Positions 1 through 7,496 are shown, counted from the first letter of the stretch. The stretch is DNA of 15,398 nucleotides from a bacterium (GCA_040752695.1 JBFMGO010000129.1:1-15398), one strand, 5' to 3'. Made by a program: numbers and translations. Notes: a model not told the origin generated them from the sequence alone.

Positions 1-1512
1 AAAATAGACTTCCCCATAATCAAAATCAAGATAGGCCATGGACCAGAAAGCCAGTGACTGCCTGGCAAGGTCGAGATAATCCTTTCTGCCTGTCTGGCCA
101 TACAGAATCAGGTAGGCGAGAATGCACTGCTCCTGCTGCCACCAGGCTTTGCGGTTATGCCAGGTGAATTCCAGCGGCATCCCATTCTTTGGTTCCCGTT
201 CTACGACATCGAAGCAGCCGCCGCGGATCTGATCAAGCCCGTAGATCTTCATCGCATCGCCCAGTTTTATGGCCAGATCAAGATATTCCTTTTTCCCAAG
301 CAGATTATATACTCTACTCAAATTCCAGGCTATCTTAAGGTTGTGTCCCACGACAGCGCGGTTCTGCTGCCATTTATATGTCTTATCCGGTGTCCAGTCC
401 CGTAAAAAGCGTTCCTGAACATAAGGGATTTTCGGATCAGGGTCTGGAAATTTATCAACGATTAAGTCAGCGAGTTCTTCCTGCATCGCCTTGCATTGAT
501 CAAAGAGGACGCAGAATTCTTCATTGGTGATATTTTGGATGGTAAGCATGAGATTCAAAAGATAAGCTGGTGTGTGATCACCGATTGAATTCCAGTTTTT
601 CTTCGCGCAATTATCTCCCAGAGCCGGTACATCGGGTTCGAAATTTGCATAATCAAGATGTGAGTAATACCCTCCCAGGTGCTCGTCTTTATATCTTTTA
701 AAAAGATTGATTGTTCTTTTTATGTCGTCGAGTGTTTCCCAGTCGTTGGAAATCCGGTAAAAATTGGAAAGCCCGGCCAGGGCATAGATCTGCTCGTAGA
801 GAGGGATGGTATTTCTATCATCGCTAAACAGTGAGGGAAGTATTTTTTCTCCCTTACAGTAGGCATGTGCCCAAACCACAAAAGACCCGTTGTGGCTTTC
901 GAGTCTAAAGGTATCTCTCTGGTATTCCACTCCTTTTCTTGCTGCCCAATAATAGCGATCGTTTCCTGTCATAAGATACGCAGCGGACAACCCGGAAATC
1001 AGACGGGACAAAGTAGCGCACTCCTGTATGGGGTCCTTTTCTCTGGAGCCGATGTATGAAAGATTTGTCTGGTATGTGGAATAATCATAGGTACTGCCCG
1101 GACCGAAAAGATTTAAAAGCCACTGGTCTGCAAGGGCACCGATCTGAGTCAGCCAATAGTGAGGTTCTTCAAAAAGATACTTACCCTCTGCGTCATGGAA
1201 TAAGGTTACCTCCCGCGCATCAAAACGTGATTTGTCTTCATGAAGTTGCCGGATGCCATAAACTCCGACAAACAATCCTTTCTGAATGTAGCGGCTGAGT
1301 CTTCCTTCGGGACTGTCCACGTAATTCTGAGGTGCCGGGATTCTATCGCGATCGAGTTTGTCAAAATTTTTTATGAACTTGTAACTGGTAGCATCGCCAA
1401 CACAGATGTCAAAGACATCACCGCTTTGACAGACAACCTGAAAGCAGCGGCTCGGCGGATTAACGTCCTGCACAATACCCATTATTCCTTCACTGTGAGT
1501 ATAATATTTCAT
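1..1512 (-). CDS. Large AGE-superfamily (N-acylglucosamine 2-epimerase / cellobiose epimerase-like, (alpha/alpha)6 barrel) protein; 3' end runs off the window (at least 504 aa)
   Basis: Absent from the ORF track because no stop lies in the window. Manual translation from ATG at 1512 (GGGAGG SD at 1517-1522) is open to base 1: MKYYTHSEGIMGIVQDV...QECATLSRLISGLSAAYLMTG...PLYEQIYALAGL...KNWNSIGDHTPAYLLN...VQERF...WQQNRAVVGHNLKIAWNL...KAWWQQEQCILAYLILY...GEVYF. The helical pattern and the GH..W and WW motifs fit the AGE fold. Confidence 0.9.
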   Translation of the reverse strand, partial: MKYYTHSEGIMGIVQDVNPPSRCFQVVCQSGDVFDICVGDATSYKFIKNFDKLDRDRIPAPQNYVDSPEGRLSRYIQKGLFVGVYGIRQLHEDKSRFDAREVTLFHDAEGKYLFEEPHYWLTQIGALADQWLLNLFGPGSTYDYSTYQTNLSYIGSREKDPIQECATLSRLISGLSAAYLMTGNDRYYWAARKGVEYQRDTFRLESHNGSFVVWAHAYCKGEKILPSLFSDDRNTIPLYEQIYALAGLSNFYRISNDWETLDDIKRTINLFKRYKDEHLGGYYSHLDYANFEPDVPALGDNCAKKNWNSIGDHTPAYLLNLMLTIQNITNEEFCVLFDQCKAMQEELADLIVDKFPDPDPKIPYVQERFLRDWTPDKTYKWQQNRAVVGHNLKIAWNLSRVYNLLGKKEYLDLAIKLGDAMKIYGLDQIRGGCFDVVEREPKNGMPLEFTWHNRKAWWQQEQCILAYLILYGQTGRKDYLDLARQSLAFWSMAYLDFDYGEVYF

Positions 1513-1525
1513 TGTTCCTCCCTGG

Positions 1526-1555
1526 GAGAAATTACAGTCTGAGAAATTACAGCCT
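1526..1555. repeat. 15-bp tandem duplication spanning the PfpI stop codon
   Basis: GAGAAATTACAGTCT GAGAAATTACAGCCT. Confidence 0.85.
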
Positions 1556-2149
1556 GCTTTTTCTATCTCTCTCCTGCAATTGTCTAAAGAATTCCTTGAT
1601 AAAGGGGACTGAGTGGGAGCTCATCCTCCCGGTAACCAGATTTCCATCAACATGGACATCCTTATCCACATACCTGAAGCCTGCATTTTTTACATCATCG
1701 ATGATGTTATAGGCACAAGTTACCTCTTTTGCCTTTACTGCATCTTTTAGAGAACATAAGATCCACATGGCATGGCAAATGGTCCCCACAAGATGTCTAT
1801 CGGACCGCAGTATTTTCTCGACAAGTGCACGGGGCTCGGGACGTTCTAATACACCAGGCTGCTTTTCTTTTTGGAACCACCAGCGCAGACGGTCCGCCCA
1901 GTATCCACCTCCAAAGATAAACCCTGCAAAATCATAGATATTGACTTCATGGATGCTCATATCCACAACTAATCTGAAAATCGGCTCGTCGCCGGAAGGA
2001 ATGCTTTTTCTCTTTCCATTGTCCACTTCTTTGTCTGTGGTAATAAGAACAGGCTTAAATCCTGCATCTTTAATTTCCCTGATGATGGGAAAGTAGCTGA
2101 ATGAAACCCATTCATCTTCAACAAATACGCCAATTTGTTCTGTAGTCAT
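1547..2149 (-). CDS. DJ-1/PfpI family protein (class I glutamine amidotransferase-like), 200 aa
   Basis: Motifs FIFGGGYWADRLR, GTICHAMW (nucleophile-elbow Cys-His) and YVDKDVHVDGNLVTGR. The start overlaps the upstream gene by 32 bp. Confidence 0.9.
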   Translation of the reverse strand: MTTEQIGVFVEDEWVSFSYFPIIREIKDAGFKPVLITTDKEVDNGKRKSIPSGDEPIFRLVVDMSIHEVNIYDFAGFIFGGGYWADRLRWWFQKEKQPGVLERPEPRALVEKILRSDRHLVGTICHAMWILCSLKDAVKAKEVTCAYNIIDDVKNAGFRYVDKDVHVDGNLVTGRMSSHSVPFIKEFFRQLQERDRKSRL

Positions 2150-2966
2150 TATGCTCTCTTCCTTCCGATGTCAGGATTTTTACTATCATCTCACCACAAA
2201 GATAGGACGATGCTGTTGAGCGGCTGGTTAAAAAAGGCCAATCTAAAACAACGGATGTTCTTCTTCCCAGATTTCCATGGTAGCCGCCGTCAGGGCCGGT
2301 GGCATCACGCAGAATATATTCCAGAGGATAAGGAGGCGGGCCTATGTTAATGTCCGTGTTGAGAAAACCAGTCCCATCTTTATAATCGTATTCGAGCACA
2401 TGACCGGTAACATGTTTCCCCCAAAGAATGCTCTTCCGATCGTTCCAGTCCCGTGCAAAGGCAAGACAGGCCACACCATAGCATTCAGCCGCCACGAGCT
2501 TATCCAACTTCATAAAACCCAGAATAAGATCGTGGACCCTGCTATTGTTCACCATGTCAATTAAAGGGCCGCTTCCACCAACTAATAACAAACAATCATA
2601 GGACGCTAAATCCTTTTGTACTGCATAAAGGGCGTCATGGTAATCTTCGAGTTTCCTGAGATACAGAGGATCACATACATAGGGTCTTTCCGGCAGCCAG
2701 GAGGAAAGATTCAGTGGCTTCTCCAGTCGGTATGATTCATCAATCTCACGGCCTCGACGAGCATTTTCCTCAGTAGTGACCTGCCGTCCAAGGGGTGGAT
2801 CAATGTAATCGGCATTCAGGCTGGGAGGCAGCGCCCTTGGCCTTTTTCCTTTTGGGGTGGCAAAAGTTACGTCGAATCCGGCATTATCCAAATGATACAA
2901 GGGGCCTACTAATTCCTCAGCCCAATACCCCCATTCAGACAAAACAGTCAAAACTTTTTTATTCAT
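2118..2966 (-). CDS. DJ-1/PfpI (Hsp31/ThiJ-like) type 1 glutamine amidotransferase domain protein, 282 aa
   Basis: Motifs LSEWGYWAEELVGP, FATPKG, YDCLLLVGGSGP, VAAECYGVACL, GKHVTGH and FLTSRS. An AAGGAG SD lies just upstream of the ATG. Confidence 0.88.
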   Translation of the reverse strand: MNKKVLTVLSEWGYWAEELVGPLYHLDNAGFDVTFATPKGKRPRALPPSLNADYIDPPLGRQVTTEENARRGREIDESYRLEKPLNLSSWLPERPYVCDPLYLRKLEDYHDALYAVQKDLASYDCLLLVGGSGPLIDMVNNSRVHDLILGFMKLDKLVAAECYGVACLAFARDWNDRKSILWGKHVTGHVLEYDYKDGTGFLNTDINIGPPPYPLEYILRDATGPDGGYHGNLGRRTSVVLDWPFLTSRSTASSYLCGEMIVKILTSEGREHNDYRTNWRIC

Positions 2967-2981
2967 TTGAACACTCCTTTC

Positions 2982-3072
2982 TTATCTCAGGTTGTATCTC
3001 AGTCCTTGTCTCAGGTCTTATCTCAGTCCTTGTCTCAGGTTTTATCTCAGGCATTATCTCAGGTCTTATCTC
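2982..3072. repeat. 12-bp tandem repeat, about 7.6 copies
   Basis: ttatctcaggtt gtatctcagtcc ttgtctcaggtc ttatctcagtcc ttgtctcaggtt ttatctcaggca ttatctcaggtc ttatctc. Confidence 0.95.
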
Positions 3073-3085
3073 TTCTTTAGGTTAT

Positions 3086-4753
3086 TCACGAAAGAGAGTT
3101 ATCGAGAAATACGTCTACAAGACATGGTTTCCCCATGCGAAAAGCTTTATCCAGGACCGGGGCAAGTTCAGATGGATCTTCAACATGAAATCCGGCTACC
3201 CCCATACCTTCTGCCAATTTTTTAAAATTAAGACGTGGATGAACAAGATCCATATTATCCGGGAACGGACGTTCCGGAGGCTGGGGATTACCCCAGTAGC
3301 TAAGCAGGTTATATTTAAGTATTTTATAGCTGGCGTTGTTACAGATTATGAAAACTACAGGGATATCATAACGGGCTGCCGTATACAGAGCGTGAATGCC
3401 GAAACTTCCGCCACCGTCACCGACGATGGCCACAACAGGCCGGTCAGGGTGAGCTAATTTCAGTCCTATACCTCCTGGTATGCCCACTCCGAGGATGCCC
3501 TCCCTTACCTGAAAGAACTGACCAGCCCGACTAGGACGGATGTAACGAAGAAGCTGCTCCGAGCAGGTAATGGCCTCATCGAAAATGAGTGTTTCAGGGG
3601 TGATGAACCGGGAAAGTTCCCGCATGAGTCGAGCAGGCCTTATGGGTGTAAGGTCCATAGTGATATCGTCTTTGGCGATGGCCTCGTTTCGTTCATCAAG
3701 GGCCTTTTGATGAAACGTATCAAACCTCTTTTTTGCCTTTGCTCTGTCCTTTTCCGTCATTCTCTTTTCCAGTTCTTCACATAAGGCGGCAAGGCTTAAT
3801 TTCGGATCTGCCATAATGGCCAGATCTGCTACGAAATTCTTTCCAATTTCCCATGTATCCAAATCGATATGAATAATTTTTGCATTTTGTGCAAACACAT
3901 TTTCAGTGAGGGGAAAAACTTCCGGAAAAACATAACTCCCGCAGATGAATACCACATCGGCATCCTTGACTATCTCCCGGCTCGAGCTCCCAAACATATG
4001 CCCGGTCAGCCCCATGAACAGGGGGTACTCAAAACTGACATTCACCTCAGCCGAGTCAGCACCGTATATGGGACAACCCAGAATCTCTGCGAATTTTTCA
4101 GCTTCCTGCTTTGCGTCAGAAAAAGCCAGGCCGTCTCCCATGATGAAAATGGGATTTTCAGCGGACAAGAGAAGAGATATCGCCTCTTGTATGAACGCTT
4201 GATCGGGAGAAACACGTGTTGAAATTCTGGTTGCAGGTCTTATCTCGACATTTACCTCTTCATCGAGACAATCCATGGGAAAAGACAGATACACGGGACC
4301 GTAGGGCGGGGTTGTCGCAACCTTTACAGCGCGCCTGAGCATTCTGGCAACCTCAGAACCTCTGCGAATCTGGGTACACCATTTTGTTACCGGCCTGGCA
4401 AGTTCCTGCAGATTCGCAGCCATCTGTGCATCCATATTGTATATGTCAAGAGGTCCTTCTCCAGCTAATACTATTAAAGGAGCGCAGCCTCGCTTCGCCT
4501 GATACAACATGCCAATAGCGTTGCCGGTGCCTACTGAACAGTGTAGTTGCACAAATGCCGGCTTTCGAGCTGCCCGCGCATAGGCATCACCCATAGCAAT
4601 AGCCATTGTTTCATGAAGACAGAGAATATACTTGATATCGGAGAAATCAGATAGTGCATCATTAAAACTTTCCTCCGATGTGCCGGGATTACCAAATATA
4701 TAGGTTACTCCCTCAGCAATAAGCTGACGAATAAGTGCCTCTTTGGTAAACAT
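3086..4753 (-). CDS. Thiamine-diphosphate-dependent enzyme, benzoylformate decarboxylase-like, 555 aa
   Basis: IFGNPGTSEE, catalytic Glu in LHETMA, QLHCSVGTGNAIG (BFD-like NLH..GTGN), and the ThDP-binding motif VGDGG...ICNNASY. GAGAGGAG SD upstream. Confidence 0.92.
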   Translation of the reverse strand: MFTKEALIRQLIAEGVTYIFGNPGTSEESFNDALSDFSDIKYILCLHETMAIAMGDAYARAARKPAFVQLHCSVGTGNAIGMLYQAKRGCAPLIVLAGEGPLDIYNMDAQMAANLQELARPVTKWCTQIRRGSEVARMLRRAVKVATTPPYGPVYLSFPMDCLDEEVNVEIRPATRISTRVSPDQAFIQEAISLLLSAENPIFIMGDGLAFSDAKQEAEKFAEILGCPIYGADSAEVNVSFEYPLFMGLTGHMFGSSSREIVKDADVVFICGSYVFPEVFPLTENVFAQNAKIIHIDLDTWEIGKNFVADLAIMADPKLSLAALCEELEKRMTEKDRAKAKKRFDTFHQKALDERNEAIAKDDITMDLTPIRPARLMRELSRFITPETLIFDEAITCSEQLLRYIRPSRAGQFFQVREGILGVGIPGGIGLKLAHPDRPVVAIVGDGGGSFGIHALYTAARYDIPVVFIICNNASYKILKYNLLSYWGNPQPPERPFPDNMDLVHPRLNFKKLAEGMGVAGFHVEDPSELAPVLDKAFRMGKPCLVDVFLDNSLS

Positions 4754-4872
4754 CTGTGTTCTCCTCTCGGTAATAAAACAAATCTTTTAAAACATTATAA
4801 TTTAAAATATATTCATCATTAAAATGTATTCTTACATAAAATAATTTGAGATTACTCTTAGTTTGCCTTTAG

Positions 4873-4881
4873 TATATCGGC
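4873..4881 (-). promoter_or_regulatory. Putative sigma28 (FliA/SigD/WhiG-type) -10 element for the ThDP-DJ-1-AGE operon
   Basis: Minus strand reads GCCGATATA, preceded by TAAT with a 16-nt spacer. Consensus is TAAA-N15/16-GCCGATAW. Confidence 0.45.
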
Positions 4882-4998
4882 ATTTTTTACGAAAAAAATT
4901 ACTACTGATTCAAATATTTATATTCTGAATCATAAAAAAATGAAAGTTATTGGAATAATTTTTTTTCAATGATCCTGTCATAATAAAAGAAATTTTTT

Positions 4999-5007
4999 AC
5001 CGATATA
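4999..5007 (+). promoter_or_regulatory. Putative sigma28-type -10 element for the GH13 gene
   Basis: ACCGATATA about 55 nt upstream of the ATG. It shares CCGATATA with the divergent element, but the -35 match is poor. Confidence 0.4.
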
Positions 5008-5062
5008 TAACTTTAAATTTTATTAAAGTTAAAATTTAAATAATTCAAGGGAGGGCGAGTCC

Positions 5063-6940
5063 ATGGCTGTCGTAATTGAAAGGGATGCACCTCAGGAAGT
5101 TTCATCAGTAGACATTAAACCACGGGGAAGAATCTATCCAAGTCCTGCCACCTGGAGGGATCAAATTTTATACTTTCTTCTCCCTGATCGATTCAGTGAT
5201 GGGGGCGAAGGCCATCGGCCACTCTTTGACCGGACAAACCCGGATGTATTCAAGACCAGGGATAAACGGAGCTGGATGGAGGGAGGCAGGAGGTTTCAGG
5301 GTGGAACAATTACGGGGATTGAGAGTAAGCTGGATTATTTAAAGGGTCTTGGAGTAACTACCCTTTGGATCGGCCCGATCTGGCGCCAGCGTCCGGATTT
5401 GGAAACGTACCATGGTTACGGAATCCAGAACTTCCTTGACATCGACCCTCGGTTTGGAACCCGCCAGGATTTAAGGGATCTTGTCGATGCGGCTCATGAC
5501 CGGGATATGTACGTTATCCTGGATATCATCTACAATCACACAGGGAATAACTGGTTTTACAAAAGTAACGGATATCCGGTGGCGGATATTGATTATCGCT
5601 TTGAGCCTCCCTATCCTTTTGGCGGATGGCGCTCCAGGCAAGGAGAGTGCATCGATTCCATAAGCACTCTCGACGACGGGGTTTGGCCGAGAGAATTCCA
5701 GAACCGTGACTGGTATACCCGCGCAGGCAGGATCAATCACTGGGACCCACAGCCCTGGGAAGATCCGATGAATCCCAATAATGAATTCCGGCGCGGAGAT
5801 TTTTTTGATTTAAAAGACCTGGACTTAAGTGATTGGGATTCTGGTAAAAACAGGGAGATTCTGAACGCCATTTCCCGTGCCTACCAGTACTGGATCGCCC
5901 TGAGTGATTGCGATGGGTTCCGTATCGATACTCTTAAACATGTTCCTCTCGAAGCATCCCGAAAATTCTGCGGTGCGATACATGAATATGCAGAATCTAT
6001 CGGCAAGGAGAATTTTCTTCTCCTCGGAGAGGTGGCAGGTAGTGGTGAAATGGTCCATAATTATCTTGGCATTTTTGGCCAGAATATCGATGCTGCCTTA
6101 GATATTGGAGTGCCGCCCAACATTTTGGCAGCAATGGTCAAGGGCTTTGGGGACCCGGCTGGTTTTTTCAACCAGTTTAGGGGTGGCGGGCAGGATATTT
6201 TAGGCTCTCATCGTGAACTGGGGCGCTATCATGTATCGATTCTGGACGATCATGATATGGTGACCCGGAATGGAAAACACCGCTTTGCCGCCAATGCCCC
6301 TATCCCCGGCATTTATCAGCAGGTCGCTCATGCCGTAGGTGTGCAATTGACAACTTTGGGGATTCCGTGTATCTACTATGGCACTGAGCAGGCTTTCGAC
6401 GGGACACAGAATCGCCATGATCCGAGTGTTGACAGCGGCTTTGAGGACCGGTATATCCGCGAGTCGATGTTTGGAGGCACATTCGGGGCATTCGAAACGA
6501 GCGGCTGCCATTTCTTTAATCCGGATCACCCAACATATCTTCGCATTGCCGCCCTGTCCAGGGTTCGCGGGAGAAATGACCTGATTGGCCGGACGCTTCG
6601 GCGCGGGCGCCAGTACTTTCGGCAAACCTCGGTCCAGGGTCGTCCCTTTTCCTTTCCAGGGGGAGGTGAATTAGTTGCCTGGTCACGCATCCTGCTCAAT
6701 CAGGAGGTCATCATCGCCCTCAATACGAACGGGATACAAAGCCGGGGTGCTGACATTACCGTGGATTCATCATTGCACCCCGTAAACTCCGCGGTATCCG
6801 TTTTCTACCGGGGCGACTGGAGCGATGCCGAACTGAAAAACCCACCCACAGGCCGGACCATACCTGTTCAGTCAGCCCAAGATGGCCGGGCAAGCATCAG
6901 GATTGATCTTCCTCCTGCCGGTATGGCTGTCCTGGGCTAG
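5063..6940 (+). CDS. GH13 alpha-amylase family glycoside hydrolase, 625 aa, no signal peptide
   Basis: YFLLPDRF, FQGGTITGIESKLDYLKGLGVTTLWIGP, YHGYG, region I DIIYNH, region II DGFRIDTLKH (nucleophile D), region III LLGEV (acid/base E), region IV ILDDHD, and GIPCIYYGTEQ. GGGAGG SD upstream. Confidence 0.95.
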   Translation: MAVVIERDAPQEVSSVDIKPRGRIYPSPATWRDQILYFLLPDRFSDGGEGHRPLFDRTNPDVFKTRDKRSWMEGGRRFQGGTITGIESKLDYLKGLGVTTLWIGPIWRQRPDLETYHGYGIQNFLDIDPRFGTRQDLRDLVDAAHDRDMYVILDIIYNHTGNNWFYKSNGYPVADIDYRFEPPYPFGGWRSRQGECIDSISTLDDGVWPREFQNRDWYTRAGRINHWDPQPWEDPMNPNNEFRRGDFFDLKDLDLSDWDSGKNREILNAISRAYQYWIALSDCDGFRIDTLKHVPLEASRKFCGAIHEYAESIGKENFLLLGEVAGSGEMVHNYLGIFGQNIDAALDIGVPPNILAAMVKGFGDPAGFFNQFRGGGQDILGSHRELGRYHVSILDDHDMVTRNGKHRFAANAPIPGIYQQVAHAVGVQLTTLGIPCIYYGTEQAFDGTQNRHDPSVDSGFEDRYIRESMFGGTFGAFETSGCHFFNPDHPTYLRIAALSRVRGRNDLIGRTLRRGRQYFRQTSVQGRPFSFPGGGELVAWSRILLNQEVIIALNTNGIQSRGADITVDSSLHPVNSAVSVFYRGDWSDAELKNPPTGRTIPVQSAQDGRASIRIDLPPAGMAVLG

Positions 6941-6969
6941 ATACCCGATTAAACAAAAGGTGGAAAATG

Positions 6970-6986
6970 TGTAGTAAATCACTACA
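6970..6986. promoter_or_regulatory. Enhancer-like palindrome TGT-N11-ACA (candidate PrsR site / PEP-CTERM box) 1
   Basis: TGTAGTAAATCACTACA (TGTAGT-N5-ACTACA). Confidence 0.65.
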
Positions 6987-7050
6987 ATGAGCCTGCTACA
7001 GGGTTAATGAAATCATTACCATAGCTTCGATAAGAGAAAAGGCAAAACAG

Positions 7051-7067
7051 TGTTGCCAAAAGCTACA
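7051..7067. promoter_or_regulatory. Enhancer-like TGT-N11-ACA site 2
   Basis: TGTTGCCAAAAGCTACA, with the same spacing and CTACA half-site as sites 1 and 3. Confidence 0.55.
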
Positions 7068-7137
7068 GCCCATTCAGGTGATCAAAGGAGATTCGCCGGA
7101 AAGATTCAGGAAAAGCAGGTATCGTTGCCTGTAATCA

Positions 7138-7191
7138 TTACCTGAATGTGCAGGTTACCTGAATGTGCAGGTTACCTGAATGTACAGGTTA
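7138..7191. repeat. 17-bp tandem repeat x3 with an internally palindromic unit
   Basis: TTACCTGAATGTGCAGG x2, then TTACCTGAATGTACAGG, then TTA. Confidence 0.95.
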
Positions 7192-7245
7192 GGTTTCAGT
7201 ATTTTGTTACTAAAAATCCACATGCATTTTCTGGTGAAGGGACGC

Positions 7246-7262
7246 TGTAGGAAAAAACTACA
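7246..7262. promoter_or_regulatory. Enhancer-like TGT-N11-ACA site 3
   Basis: TGTAGGAAAAAACTACA (TGTAG-N7-CTACA). Confidence 0.65.
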
Positions 7263-7340
7263 GAAAAATGAAAAAAATCCAAGCTGAACCGCATACGGAA
7301 TCCGAAAGAATGAAAAAAAATGTTCTCCCTTGCTCTATTA

Positions 7341-7435
7341 CTGTCCTATCATAATAATCCCTGCCTATCAAATAATCCCTGCCCATCATAATAACTTCTG
7401 CCTGTCGTACTAATCTCTGCCTATCATAATAATCC
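7341..7435. repeat. 19-bp tandem repeat x5 (units 18-20 bp)
   Basis: Consensus CTGCCTATCATAATAATCC; units start at 7341, 7361, 7379, 7398 and 7417. Confidence 0.93.
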
Positions 7436-7450
7436 CAGGGATACTTGCAG

Positions 7451-7496
7451 ATATGAGATCGATGCTGGCTAATATATGAGACTGGTGCTGGTTAGT
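7451..7496. repeat. 23-bp degenerate tandem duplication
   Basis: ATATGAGATCGATGCTGGCTAAT / ATATGAGACTGGTGCTGGTTAGT; five differences, all transitions. Confidence 0.75.

Noticed and set aside
157..1542. Plus-strand ORFs 157-405, 865-1059, 1056-1298 and 1240-1542
   Set aside because: They are antisense shadows of the continuous minus-strand AGE-like CDS and have no recognisable motifs.
2795..3457. 220-aa and 77-aa plus-strand ORFs with ISG/YLR repeats
   Set aside because: They are antisense to two real genes, and the repetitive peptides come from the 12-bp DNA array.
3086..4753. Naming the ThDP gene mdlC or ilvB
   Set aside because: Family membership is clear, but there is no mandelate or branched-chain amino acid context, so the substrate cannot be assigned.
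7205..7222. Fourth enhancer site TGTTACTAAAAATCCACA
   Set aside because: Spacing is N12 rather than N11 and the CTACA half-site is absent.
7138..7435. CRISPR array interpretation of the 17-bp and 19-bp repeats (also 13601-13714 and 2982-3072)
   Set aside because: Units are directly adjacent or separated by 13 bp or less, there are no unique spacers, and no cas genes are in the window.
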